63,960 nt of DNA, filler included, from Reticulomyxa filosa (GCA_000512085.1; 21 parts of 21 records of this genome joined end to end with filler, not necessarily neighbours in it); one strand, 5' to 3'. Shown: positions 13,597-26,316, numbered from the whole stretch's first letter. Program-made: numbers and translations. The notes: generated by a model not told the origin, from the sequence alone.

Positions 13597-13919
13597 NNNN
13601 NNNNNNNNNNNNNNNNNNNNNNNNNNNNNNNNNNNNNNNNTTAATTAATTAANNNNNNNNNNNNNNNNNNNNNNNNNNNNNNNNNNNNNNNNNNNNTAAG
13701 AAATACATTAACTATTGTATGTGAAATTTGGATGTGCATTTGGTTAAATCAACCATTGACTATTTTTTTATGATATAATTTTATTCTCATCTAAAGAAAT
13801 ATCTGTACATGTTTAATTGAACATTCCACAATTTTATTGCGGTCTGTTTATCTAGAAACCATACATTCCATCAGAATCAAATTCTTTTATTTTTGTCTTT
13901 GATACTAATCAATAGAAAA

Positions 13920-14355
13920 ATGATGACCTGCTTTTATATGGAATGTTGAAATAAATAAACAATTCGAGCATTCAATGAGCGTTCAGATGATGTACATTAT
14001 ATGAAATTTTCACACATCATTATTATAATAATCGTTATCAATTCGTTTTTGGGATATTCGATCAAATAAGAAGGAAGAAGATGATGAAATTAGGTCACTT
14101 AAATTTTTGTTATTATAAAACAAATATAAAAACAATGAGAGAATGTCAATACAACAATCATTGGTAAACTTCTTTTCAATCTTTCAAGGAAGCTAGTTAA
14201 CTTCAGTTTTTTTGTTGTATGTGCTTTGTATTTGTGTGATTGAATCAGTCAGAAGAAGATGAAATTCAAATAATTATTCAATATTGGATTCGAATATTAA
14301 ACATTAAATTAGGATGGATTGATGATTTTGATAAAATTATTATGAAATACAGTAA
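13920..14355 (+). pseudogene. Scrambled WD40-family pseudogene fragments
   Basis: Fragments IWNVE and IRFWDIRSNKKEEDDEIRSLKF, plus the family N-terminal motif EEDEIQIIIQYWIRILNIKLGWIDDFDKIIMKY (~14250-14350) out of normal order, with stops and deletions. Confidence 0.75.
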
Positions 14356-15242
14356 ATGAAATACAATTTGAAAAGCACAATTAAAATATATGTTAATCGA
14401 GCTGTCTTTGAATATAGTCTGATTTTAATTTTATTGTAAAATCATGAAATTTTTAAGTATTTTCAGAATATATGAAAAAGGTTAACAATCAAAACGAATA
14501 GCAAATTATTCAATAAATATCTATGAATGTTTTTTTGTAACTGATCTTCTCTATAATAAATAACTAATATTTTTCTCAAAAGAAGTCTAATTGTCTTTGC
14601 TCTGTGTCAATTTTTGTTGAATTTGAAATTATAATATTTTTCTTTCTCTTTCATTCCAAAGCTATACTAAAACATAAAACTCGAAACTTTTGGAATATGA
14701 GCATGGATTAATACTAATTACAATAATTTAAATGAATTATTGTGAATGATGGAGCTTCTTCATTCTCGTCGACACAGCGGGATTGTGTTTATTATAAAAA
14801 TTTTGCTCAAAAATCTTATTGTTGTTTGTCAAAGGGGCGATTGGCTTGCGATCTATGAACTATACATTATTTGAGTAGTTTATTTGTGTGGCATTCCTCT
14901 GTTATTTTGTAACTTTTTAGTTTTATCATTCACACACCAAAACTAAATCTGAAATTGTACAAAATAAAAATAAAATAGTAAAACCATTAATTCATCAACA
15001 ATGTTCATTATTTTTGAATGAAATACGCTTTGAAACAATTTTGGATCTGTAGATATTTTTTAAAATTAAAAAATTTGGATTAAATGTTTCTGAAAGATAT
15101 CATTTTTAGGTATCAAAAGAAGTCTTTTTTTTTTCGTGTTTCGAAAACACAACTTTAATTCATAAACAAGCTGATAAAATGTGTTCATTCATAAAAATGA
15201 TCAACAAAAAAAAAATAATTTTATTTGTTGCTTGAATGATAA

Positions 15243-15501
15243 TCATCCCCAAATTCGGATTTTACAATTGTAGAGCCAGATGCAATTATATTTCCATTTT
15301 CAAAAATATCAACACATCTCACACAATGAGAACGCCCTTCCAATATTTGTGTTCTCTTCCCTGATTCTACGTTCCATAGTCGAATTGTATTATCACTTGA
15401 ACATGACACGATTTTTTGACCATCTGGAAAATATTTTACATCATTTACATATTTTGAGCGTCTTTTCAATATTTTCCGTTCTATTCCTGCTTTAATATCC
15501 C
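15243..15501 (-). pseudogene. 3' end of WD40-repeat gene, frameshifted and degenerate
   Basis: VNDVKYFPDGQKIVSCSSDNTIRLWNVESG...GNIIASGS, then frameshift to YNCKIRIWG*. The GH motifs are replaced by RR and GR. Confidence 0.7.
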
Positions 15502-15601
15502 NNNNNNNNNNNNNNNNNNNNNNNNNNNNNNNNNNNNNNNNNNNNTTAATTAATTAANNNNNNNNNNNNNNNNNNNNNNNNNNNNNNNNNNNNNNNNNNN
15601 N

Positions 15602-15639
<38 letters not shown>

Positions 15640-15645
15640 AAAAAA

Positions 15646-15679
<34 letters not shown>

Positions 15680-17003
15680 AAGGCATGCATTTCCAGGAAC
15701 GGACACAGCAGCGATACAATTGGAAGAAGAGATCAAAAGGCAACAAACGGAACTGCAAGCCCGAAGTTGCTGGGACAACTGTCCAGGAATGGACGAAATA
15801 TCAGCGCGAGGCCAACGCTCATTGTTGTGGCTAATGATATTGATGCATTTATGGGATATGGCCACAGATTTGGGGGTACTAATCAATTGGCTTCCTGGGA
15901 TCGATTGGAATAATCCCTTTTCCAGAGACGTGAATAACACCTTTTATTATGTGGTCGGATCGTTACTGTCTATGCTGGTTTACCGTACGGTCTCTGGTGT
16001 CATGTATGGCCTCAAATACAATGTTTTGGGAGGAATATTGCAATTCTTGGATGTCATGTTGTTCGTTGAAGTGTATGCCAGCTTGCAGGGTGTACGTACG
16101 AAATCTACCTTACAATTACGTTGGATTCGACGCATGGAAGCTGTTTTGGAATCTGCACCACAATCTTTTCTCCAATTAATTTTCCTTTTGAGAACAAAAG
16201 TTATTCATTCGTTTTTATATTTTTATGTATTCATGTATTTTATGATATGCATGTTGTTTTGTTTTTTTTTTTTTTTTAATTTGATACAATTACAAACAAA
16301 TATGTTATCTAATCTAATCTATCTATCTTAAATGGACCTTTTTTTTTTTTTTCCCTTGTGTTTTTGTGGGTATCCGTATTTCCGACTTATATTGAACAAA
16401 ATGTAGTCAACCAATGTAGGAGTGGTGCAATTGTCTTTGATTATGTCAGTGTTGTCGATTGCAAATAGTGTGGTAAAATCAGATGATTGGAACTTTAAGA
16501 TCGATGCTAACAAAAAGTGTCCTCCTCATCCTTCTTTTTTAGTTCGAGGAACTTTTCGATTGGCCGAAGTTGTCTCTCGATTGCTTATTGTGGCTTTGCT
16601 GACACAGACAGCTCACATTGGCTTTACCATTACTTTGGGCATTTTTGTTGCTGTAAGGTTTTTTTTTTTTTTTTTTTATTGTCCTTTCTTGTTTATTCCT
16701 ATACTACGTATTTCATAGTGTGCATTATGTGCATTTTTTTTTTATTTTTTTTTGGAAAGCAAAAAAAGTATATACATTGCACTGGACATGTGGTCTGTGT
16801 GTTTTTAGCACTCTTCTATTTGATCATGTATCGAGATGGATTTTTGGGACATGACATTGGTAATGTGGCTGAAGTGCTCATTGTCCATCCGAATTTGTCA
16901 TTGCGTTTGGATGACGAAAATGCTGTTGAGCATTTCTTTCTTTTGGTTTATGAAAAATGCAAATTACACTTGTATACAAATAAAACATATATGTATGCAT
17001 AAT

Positions 17004-17046
<43 letters not shown>

Positions 17047-18622
17047 TGTATTTGTGTATGTAAAAAATGTAAAAAGCATTCGGAACCTTTTGTGGGATGT
17101 TTTTTGCGCATGATATTTTTATGGACTCCAATTGGTGCGTTTTATAATTTTTTAGGTTGGATTAAAAACCTATTATGTCCTCATCAGGAACCAGTCCCAT
17201 TAAAAACAAGTTTAACAATAACATCGGAGATGGAGAAAAAGAGAAGACTAGCAATGCAGCATGCTGGCATTGCCAATCATGCATTAATAGAAATGTAGTG
17301 AATGTTCATTTTACCCATCGTTTCTTGGAATCAATTGTGGAGTTATTTTTCATTTTTTATTACAGCCAAACTGAGACATCCATTCGAACTTCATACAGTT
17401 TGGCAACTGTTTGTTTGATTGACTTTGTGTATTGGATTTTTTTTTTTTTTTTGTGTGTTATAAGCTAAGATTATAGCTTATTTGGTTGTTTGCAATTGTA
17501 AATAGCATTTCCCATAGAAGTGATTGCCCTTGTGTCCGCAATTGCAGTGCCGATCTTATATTTAATAACTCGATATTGGCTGATCATTGGAGACGGAACA
17601 GGTGGACTTGAAATGACCATTTTTGGGTTCTTGCGACAGGCGCATATAGCACACAACTTGGAATTGCTGTACGAGTTTGTTGCTCGCGTGCCAAAGTCGG
17701 TGAATGAAAAAAAGAAAGTCAACGGTCGAACGCCGGTGTTGGAGTGCATCGAATTGAAAGACTTTGAAATTTTTACCTTTTTTGCGAGGCCAAATATATC
17801 AAACTGGGTCTATCTGACAACGATGGCGTCACGCCATTGATTTTGGCCTGTCGATTTGGACTATTAGAATTTTTGCAATTGCTATTGGAGCGAAGAAAAA
17901 AGTTGCAGTCTTCAACTGATGTCGATTCTCGTATTGATCTGGAGGCGCAATTTGCGTTTAATAAAGTTTCGTTTGAAAACAAAAGAGTGCATCATTGCAA
18001 ATATTTTTAAAAATAAAAATAAAATAAAATGCAAATTATACTCCTTTCAATGGTCCGTATAGACTGCCTTGTTGCTATGCTGCGAGTTGGGACATGCAGA
18101 ATGTGCGGAAATGTTGGTCGAACATGGCGCTAATGTTAATCACAGAGATGCAATGGGAAGGACAGCGTTGCATTATGCTATCCACGCCGAAGGTGAAGCA
18201 AAACAGGAACGCAAAAAAGACTTTCAAAAACTCATCGCGCTGATTTTGAAAAACTCACCCAATCTGGAGGCTGCAGAAAATAAGTTCAGATGGACCCCTA
18301 TTTTCCAGGCCGTGAGAGGAGGAAATGTGGCAATTGTAAGCCAACTTGCGAATATGAACGCAAATTTGGACTCGACTGATTACAAAGGCAACTCGTTGCT
18401 GCACGTGGCTATGGATTACAACAAACCAAAAGTACTCGAGTTTTTAGGCGCGCTTCCGACAGAGATTGGAACTTTCAACACAAAAATAATGATGGAGACA
18501 CGCCATTGCGGTTAGGTGTTATGAAAGGTCACACTGAATGTATCAAAATTTTGGCCATATTTGAAGATTTGACCACACAAAAGAAGGCTTTATTGCTGGC
18601 GGTTAAAACCGACCAAACCCAA
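15680..18622 (+). CDS. XK-related multi-pass membrane protein with C-terminal ankyrin repeats (multi-exon, partial, three 1-bp frameshifts)
   Basis: WDMATDL, RRMEAVLESAPQSFLQL, FRLAEVVSRLLIVAL and HRFLES match XK-family motifs. Downstream GRTPV, DGVTPLILAC, GRTALHYA, WTPIFQAV, GNSLLHVA and DGDTPLRLG are ankyrin repeats. Frameshifts near 17285, 17780 and 18484. Confidence 0.8.
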
Positions 18623-18821
18623 GTTTTGTTGTCTTTGTGTGTGTGTGTGTGTGTATACTATAATTGGTCTCATTAACATTCGAACAAAACAAAACAAAGT
18701 ATTGTTAAGTTTTCCTGCGAGNNNNNNNNNNNNNNNNNNNNNNNNNNNNNNNNNNNNNNNNNNNNTTAATTAATTAANNNNNNNNNNNNNNNNNNNNNNN
18801 NNNNNNNNNNNNNNNNNNNNN

Positions 18822-20229
18822 TTAATTTTCTTCATGAAAAAATAACATTCAGACATAATTTTTTTAAAATATCTACAAATCATGTAGTTTTTAAATATCA
18901 TTTTGAATTTAGTCTTTAATTAAATCTTCATAATCGTTTCAATATTTTATTATTTATTTTCTTTTTTTTTAGCCCAGTATAGTTCAATATTTGAGTTTTT
19001 TAATCATTTTTATTTTTTTTTGAAAATAACTAAATGAGTTGATAATTTTAACATAGTGCGTGCTGTTGATCTATTATATCATAACTGGAGTTTGCGCAAA
19101 GTTGCAAAAAAATTTCGTGTAAGTCATGAATAGTGCGTAAATGGAAGCTGATGTTAAAGACTGAAAAACTTATTAAGAAGAAACCAAGAAAATGTAGTTC
19201 GTTAAAAGTACCAGAACGAATTTTGTGTTACCTTGCTTAGATTGTTATAACCTGGTTATTCATTTAAAATTGATTGTTGTGTCAATGCATATATTTACAA
19301 TGAAATTCTACGTGATAAAATGCTCGAAGCATTGATTGCTATTTATAAGATAATGAATGTTAGATATTTCAGCAAAATGGTTCAATCAGCCATAGCAATT
19401 ACAGTAAAAGAATGATTTGAACAAAATACTATCAAAGTAGTTGATTTTTCTAATTCTCCAGACATAAATACAATCGAAAATCTGTAGTATATATTGAAAC
19501 AAAATGTACAAAAATAGACAATTCAGATCAAAAGAAAAACTTTGTAAATAAGTTGAATTAGGAAAAAATTGATAAAGAAACATACATAAACTTAATGAGA
19601 TAAATACCAGAGCGAATACGAGCATTATACAAAGCAAAAGCATAATAACTGAAAATTTTTGTTTGTGATAATTTTTTTTTTAGTGAAAATTACCATTTGG
19701 TTAAATCAACTTTTGAACTAACTTGATTTGTTTGGTATTTGACAAAAAAAGGCAGAAAAAACAAATGATGATTGGAGACAAAGCAAAGATTAGTCAAAAC
19801 AATTATGCCTTTACAATGCACAAACTTTAAAAATAACATTAAATTCTGCAAAAAAAAAATTTTTTGATAATAAAAAATTAATTTCTCTCAAAAACTACGC
19901 AACGTAGAAGACTAATTTATTTTTACAAATGTCTACGCATTTAGCAAGTTCTGAAAATGCTTTTAAAAATGTTGCCAAATTTCATTGTTACGACACATGC
20001 ACAATTGTCAACTTTTTTCTCGAAAATTTTCAAAAATCAATAAAATATAAAATTTTTTAAACAGCCAGTAAAAATTTAATAAAAAACTAAATTCAAAATG
20101 ATATTTAAAAACTACATGATTCGTAGATATTTTTAAAAAATTATGTCTGAGTGTTGTTTTTTTCATGAAGAAGATCAATTATCTCTATAAGTGCCGTTTT
20201 ATGTGTCAACTTTACTTTGTATTCTACTG
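18822..20229 (+). mobile_element. Near-complete non-autonomous Tc1-like DNA transposon (copy 2) with long TIRs
   Basis: 18822-18925 is the reverse complement of 20074-20178. The right TIR continues to TACTG (20229) followed by TA (20230-20231). About 50 bp of the left end is cut by the contig start. Confidence 0.92.
19034..19650 (+). pseudogene. Decayed, internally deleted Tc1-family (DD34E-type) transposase
   Basis: RAVDLLYHNWSLRKVAKKFRVSHE/VRKWK...KKKPRK (HTH) joined to FKIDCCVNAYIYNEILRDKML...FQQNGSISH/AITVKE*FEQNTIKVVDFSNSPDINTIENL*YILKQNV...NLMR*IPERIRALYKAK, matching Tc1 FQQDNA.H, SPDLNPIENLW and SMP.R motifs. Confidence 0.9.
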
Positions 20230-20488
20230 TATTTACTAAACAAACTGAAATAAAGACTGAAGAAAAAAATGAAATAAACAACAAAGACTGCGTAAATGTC
20301 TAACGAAGGAGTGCCGTAAATGAGTTTTTTAATGATATTCAAATGATAAAAGAACATGTTTACCAAAGCCAAGGAAAGAAATTCCGACAGTAAAAAGGCT
20401 GTATGTGAAAAGAGATAAACAGTAAACTCAAACAAATTAGTTTTATTTTTTGTTCTTTGTTTAGCAGTGTTTAATTACTTGCATACAG

Positions 20489-21948
20489 ACAAATCCATTG
20501 AGCGATCTCGTGAGTAGCATTTTGCAACATGAGTACTTAGTGTTGTACGTTGCAAGCTTACCATTGTCTGGAATATTTTTATTGGATGTGCTACCGTCGA
20601 GATTGTCATTGGTGTTATTAGGACAAATGAGTGGAAACATCTATTATTTTGACGCATTGTTTCTTGCATATTCCTTTACAAATTTTTTTGGAGTGTTTGT
20701 GTTATCTTTGTCCTGCGGATTGGATACAATGGATAAAGTTGATTTTGTCTTTCTACTCAATCTCTGCGTTGAGAGTGTTGCGTCTATGTATTTGTTGGGG
20801 CGACATGTTTGATGTTTTAGATTGAATTGCGTCACGGCAAGTACTATCGGTATGCGATGGTAATGGTCAGTTTGGGACTTGGAGTGTATTTAATTGCGGT
20901 GCTCAAATGTGAGTCCATTTTGACACATTTGGGACAGCCGACACAGATTATTGCACAAGTTGAAAGGATTTATTTGTGTATTTATATAATATTTGTATGT
21001 ATTGAATTATTTGAATTTGCACTTGTTATGAAATCTCACAGACAACGAAATGTGTAGTGTATTTGGTCCCTTACGGTGTCTGTTATGTGTTCTTTTCAAT
21101 GGTGCGCAAGTCTCTGCTCAAATATTTGAAGCCTTCTCTGCTTGTCGTCCTGATGTGCATCCGTCTGTGTATGCACTTGGTATTCTCGACTCTCTTGTTC
21201 ACTCTCTGCACCCAATTACAATTGTATGCATTTGCTATTTCCGATTCCGTTTCCATGTTTCTTTTATTAATTATGACTTTATTCGCTCTGTCAAAGAGGA
21301 AGAATCTCCCTCGATTTTTTTCGTTGATTTGGAAATCTTTCAACAGTTTCATATCTCTTCTTTGTATTCTTTTTTTCTTTCTTTCTTTCTTTGTTTGTTT
21401 GTTTGCAATCACACAAATTGTTGATTAGCACCTCGTCCGGTCATGCAACACTTGAAGCCATCTCATGTGCCACAAAAAGAAGCAAGACATGACGGGTCGA
21501 AGGAAGTCAGTGAGGAGGAGGAGGAGGAGGAGGAAGAGGAGAGATCTGGCGATGATCGAGATGATACGACGCGCAATTGGGATGAGACAAAAGAGAAGAA
21601 AAAGAAGAAGAAGAAGAAGCAAACAAGACACAAGAGACCCCATTCAAGATACAACGAAAGTGTAATACGAAAGGCAAATAAAGAAGCGACACTTTGGAAA
21701 TATTTGCAACACACATTTCTGCCTGGTTCTATCTCATGTTTGGAATGGTGGGCAATTGAGATTTTGACATTGTTGGCCGGAGGACTGCGATTCAAAGACG
21801 ACGATGTCATTGCCATCTTCTTTGTCCACGGTTGTTGGAATAGTTTACTCGTGGTATTCCAAATGCCGTCTCTGGGACTGTCTGTTGCCATGGCCGCATT
21901 GACAACTGATTACATCAAGAATGGGTCTTTTCATGCTGCCTGGTTGAG

Positions 21949-21985
<37 letters not shown>

Positions 21986-22816
21986 ATTGACTTTATTTGT
22001 GACAAACGAGAATGCAAATTAAAGGTGCACACTACTCCAGTCCATGGGCTCCGTATTACTTTATGCTCTGCTCTTATCTGTTGCTATGATACAGTCACAA
22101 GACTCGCTGTTAAACATCTTCTTACCAATCGGCGATAAAAGCGCTGCTTTTGCTCAATCGATACATAACACCTCCCACGATATTGCTCCATTGTTTTCAA
22201 TGGCCATTATTGGCTATTCCTTGGCCGTATGTTTCTTAGGCATGTTTGTCAGTGTTTCCAAATTGGCTCGTGGAGGATTATTTATGCTTATTGGATACTA
22301 TTTGGTACACAGAGATTTCCTTTTATTTCATCGCTTACGCGAACAAGCGACTGTCTCTTTCCTCTTTCCTAAAAAACAAACAATAGAATCTCTTACCTTT
22401 GTGGCAATGCTTGCACTCCTTTTTTTTCCCTCATACAAAAAATACAGGTTGGATTGGTGCTATCTGTGACTACAGCTTATCGATTCAAATGGGGGCTGTT
22501 TGGCATATGGCTTGGCTTGAGCAGTGCCTACCTCACGTGGTGTCTTTTGTCATTAATTCATTGGACCTGTGGTGACACTGTCGAAGAAATGGTCGAAACC
22601 AAGGAAGTGTATGACATACTGCAAGAGGAAATCAATGCCGAAACAACATCTTCTATCGATAGCAGTTCTGCCTTGACGTCTGTTGGTCATCAAAAGAATT
22701 ACGGGGCGACTCTACTCTCAGAGGATAACGCTCAAATCATACAACCACAACACTCTGAAGATCATAATAAGTCAAAATTAATTCATGTCGATGATGATCG
22801 GCATTTCAGCAGCTAG
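20489..22816 (+). CDS. MATE-family (SLC47-like) transporter, multi-exon
   Basis: LSCGLDT, SILTHLGQP, PGSISCLEWWAIEILTLLAG, MPSLGLSVA, LIGYYL and GLFGIWLGL are eukaryotic MATE motifs. Hydrophobic exons surround a charged loop (poly-E, poly-K) at ~21500-21630. Start codon uncertain (possibly 20296). Confidence 0.85.
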
Positions 22817-23199
22817 AAAGCTCAATCTAAAAACTTTTAAATGTTGAACACATACAAAGTAACATCTTGATTGAATACAAAAAATGAAAATGTTATCATA
22901 TACAATTGTTGTAAATGGCGTTTTTAATTTTTTTCACATTATGGGGCAATTTTTTTGTTGAATGCTAAGGGCTACTTTCAAGATGTCGTTTTTTACAATA
23001 CAAAATATTTTTTTAATTACTTTCTTTCTCCTTAAATTCGGTTTTAAAGCTCACCTTACAACACAATCGTTGTTGAATTGCCAAGCACAGTGATAAGTAC
23101 TATATCAGAGTTTTGAAAGCTTCAATTATTCTTGAATTGATCTTTTAATTTAAAAGCTGCACCTGCTGGGTCTGAATTACAGAATTGGACAATAGTTTT

Positions 23200-24051
23200 C
23201 AATTTAAACAGATTTGAAATCATTTGAAAAATTGAGAACTTAAAAGAATTTCGTTACTTGGCCTATGAGTCAAGGAAATGTCACTACGTGCTCAAGGAAA
23301 GGGACCAACTTTTTAAATCACTACAATTGAATTGCGTTGCCTGTTTACTTTTAAAACTCTGAGTATTCACATTTAAGAGATGTTTTCACTCAAGCTACTA
23401 TTTAGTTGGTTACTTATTTCTTTCTTCCAGGGGAGAAACACTGCGAAGGCAAGCGAACCAATTTTCGTGTCGGCAGGTTAGTTGTACTAAAATTGGTTTT
23501 GTTTTAGAAAACAAAACAATATGAAAAAACAATCTCCAGAAGTAGTAATGAACGTGTATGCCAAAGAATATCCAGAAGACCTAACGGAATGGTACAAATT
23601 TTGGAAGTTTGCTGGCTAGCAATTGCCAACAACCACTTCAACAGTGTTTTGATGGCAGCTGTTCCTATCAACAGTTTCACAGTATTACTCGGACAACACA
23701 GTTAATTTTACTTTTTTCTGTTGTCACTCCCATTTGTTCAATATGTCACTTTGAGCGTTAATTCCAATTGTCTTTGTTTTGTGTGCACTTTTCAATTCAA
23801 AACAAAAAATATAAATGAATAGATGAGCAGCTGATTTTTGAATTGGATATCACTTTTCTCTCTCAAAATGACGCAGACAACTTGTTTGAATCCCCTTTTA
23901 TGGTATTTGCAGACAAATTTCAAAATTGCCTAATGGAGCGAAATGTGAACAATGAAACCAAAGTATTGAGTATCGATATTCGTTCGTGAAAAGAGTGGAC
24001 GGATGCTATATGTTTGTAGCTGCAGGCAACGAAGGGGATTACGTATCGATA
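23200..24051 (+). CDS. Possible short-exon hypothetical gene
   Basis: AG/GT-bounded coding-like segments: LKEFRYLAYESRKCHYVLKERDQLFK, EVVMNVYAKEYPEDLTEWYKFW, EQLIFELDITFLSQNDADNLFESPFMVFADKFQNCL. No family recognised. Confidence 0.3.
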
Positions 24052-24684
24052 AGTGTTGCTTTCAATAGGGAGTATTAATAATCATAATCACTCTTTTTGT
24101 TGGAAATTTAAAACTTTTTGTATTAGTTTTATCAGTATTTTTAATAATTTAATTAATAGTCAATTATTTATACTTTAGTGTAAATTGATGTCCACAAGCA
24201 CTTTGCAAAGGCTTTAAGTGAACAAGGACATATCCTTCGCAAGAGGTCAAAAGACAGAGCCACTGCAAATGAATGCAACAAAAAATCTCAGCTGAATTTT
24301 TTATTTGATACCGTTTTTCTGTAAGATAGAATGTTTGATCGTATGTACATGTTCATAAACGACAGGTAAAGTATAAATCTGAGTAGTACGCACCCCTACC
24401 TTTGCTTTTTGGAAAACTGAGACCTCGGAAATTGTACCAACACAAACGTGCAGGTAACGGGTTCCGCCAACTCAATAATTAAAATTCAAACATTTAAACG
24501 TCTTCAAAACGAGAACAAGTATATATAAGATTGAGAGAGGATTTCAATAATTGGTGTTGAAGATAAATACAAATTCTAAATTAAATGACTGAAACTGACA
24601 TTCTAGACACGAAATGTTATTTGCTTTTGCAACAGTAAAAATGAGAGTAAAGTTCTTATAGAAGCAAAAAAGAAATAACAATAT

Positions 24685-25863
24685 CTAATTGTTTTTTTTA
24701 TTTCTAAAATTGGCAGAAGTGTTTTGAATATTTATATCAGAATAACTTACTCCTTCCAAATTGACATTCCAGAGCGTGTAACTTTGATGTTTGATTTGTA
24801 TCTGACAAACATTGCATTCAACAACAATGTCTTTGGCTCGTGGTGTTGTTAAATCAGAAGTCTGCGAAAAGTCAAAGCTAAGCGTAATAGCTTGAATAGT
24901 ATGCCCAGAATTTTTCAATGTGACAATAGCATCATGCAATTTTTGGACGTTTTGATTTTTTTCCGATGCTGAAACCAAGCATTGAGTATCATTTCCTTTA
25001 AATTGGTCAATTGCAATGTATGAAATTGAAAATGACCACATGAAGGAAATTTTGGAGCCAGTAGGAAATGTATCGTCTGTTATGTGTGCGCATTGAATCA
25101 GAGACTCTGCTTTGTCACGACGAATTCTTTGCGGAGGAGGCAATGCACTTACACCCTGTGTATTCGATAAGACAACAGAGTCTCAATCGATTTGCCACTT
25201 GAATCGCAACAATAAAGCAAACAGATGTTTTGCTAAAAGTCACAAACCTTGTAAACGCACTTAGGAAATTGAAACGGCTGTCCGACAATTAATTGAACTG
25301 ATTTTTCGCTTATACGATTAGCTGCCAATACGCATACAGCTTCTCGACAACTATTGTCTTGGAGTGCCTCTGTTATTGTGTCTGGATGGAAGACTACATC
25401 AAATGCTGGAATCCATTTTTGTTCATTTTCATCGAAATATGACAGTTCTTCACCACAGCTCATTCGCACACTGAAAATATTTTACAAAATGTGCAAGAGC
25501 GTGGAGTTTAAAAAAAAAAAAACATAATGAATCTTACCATAAACCCTGTTCATTGATGTTTGGAGCAACAGCTGTTCTTGGTTTACCAATAAGCGGCGAG
25601 GAACAAATGTTTATTACAACACTTGTCTCAGCTCTTGGTTGTTTTGTGTTTGTAGTTTTATATTTCCCGACTGCTTTACACACAAAAGCAGGATTGGGTG
25701 TGATTTCGATTGTTTCATCTAAATATTGTTGCTTTTTCGATATCTCGTCGTTGTATGCTTGCCATAATTCGTCCAACTTTTTATTGACTGGATTTGCTTG
25801 ATCGGGTAACTCACTTTGTATCAACTTGGATACATAGTCTGTTGTTCTTGACGAATTAGCCAT
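24685..25863 (-). CDS. PIH1-domain protein (PIH1D1 or DNAAF2-like co-chaperone)
   Basis: Exons 25863-25538, 25470-25248 and 25155-~24700 join in frame: ITPNPAFVCK...VVINICSSPLIGKP...VRMSCGE...AFDVVFHPDTI...VYKG...QRIR, the PIH1 pattern. A short final exon may extend to ~24590. Confidence 0.8.
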
Positions 25864-26316
25864 GACACTCTACTTTGATTTGCTTTGTATAATTTCAAAC
25901 AGTTTTTTCGTATTTCGTGTGATGTCAAAATTACGCATATATTTGGTCATCCTCTGTCATAGACCAAAGCTGAAGGAAAAGGCAGCACGTACTTACACAA
26001 AGTGTAGCTAATAAGACAAGAGATTTCACAGTCCCAAATATTGAAACAAACGCTTTGTAACCATAGATGGCTTTAGATTGATACTAAATGCTTTTCACAC
26101 TAGAAGCTGAAATAATTATTTATTTTCTCTTAATGTTCTTTGTCACGAAAAAAAAGTTATTGAAATTCAAAAATCTTGTATGCATTTTATTCACCATCTC
26201 ATGTTTTTTCTGTGCTATTACTGATGTGTAAATACCGATAATGCACGCTAAAATAAAAAATTCCGAGACTTCACCTCGGTCCTTGGTTTTTTGGTCACAG
26301 ATCTTTTCTTGAGCAA

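Noticed and set aside
17770-18500. Programmed ribosomal frameshifting in the XK-ankyrin gene
   Set aside because: Sites share no slippery consensus or adjacent stop and fall in base runs; sequencing error is simpler.
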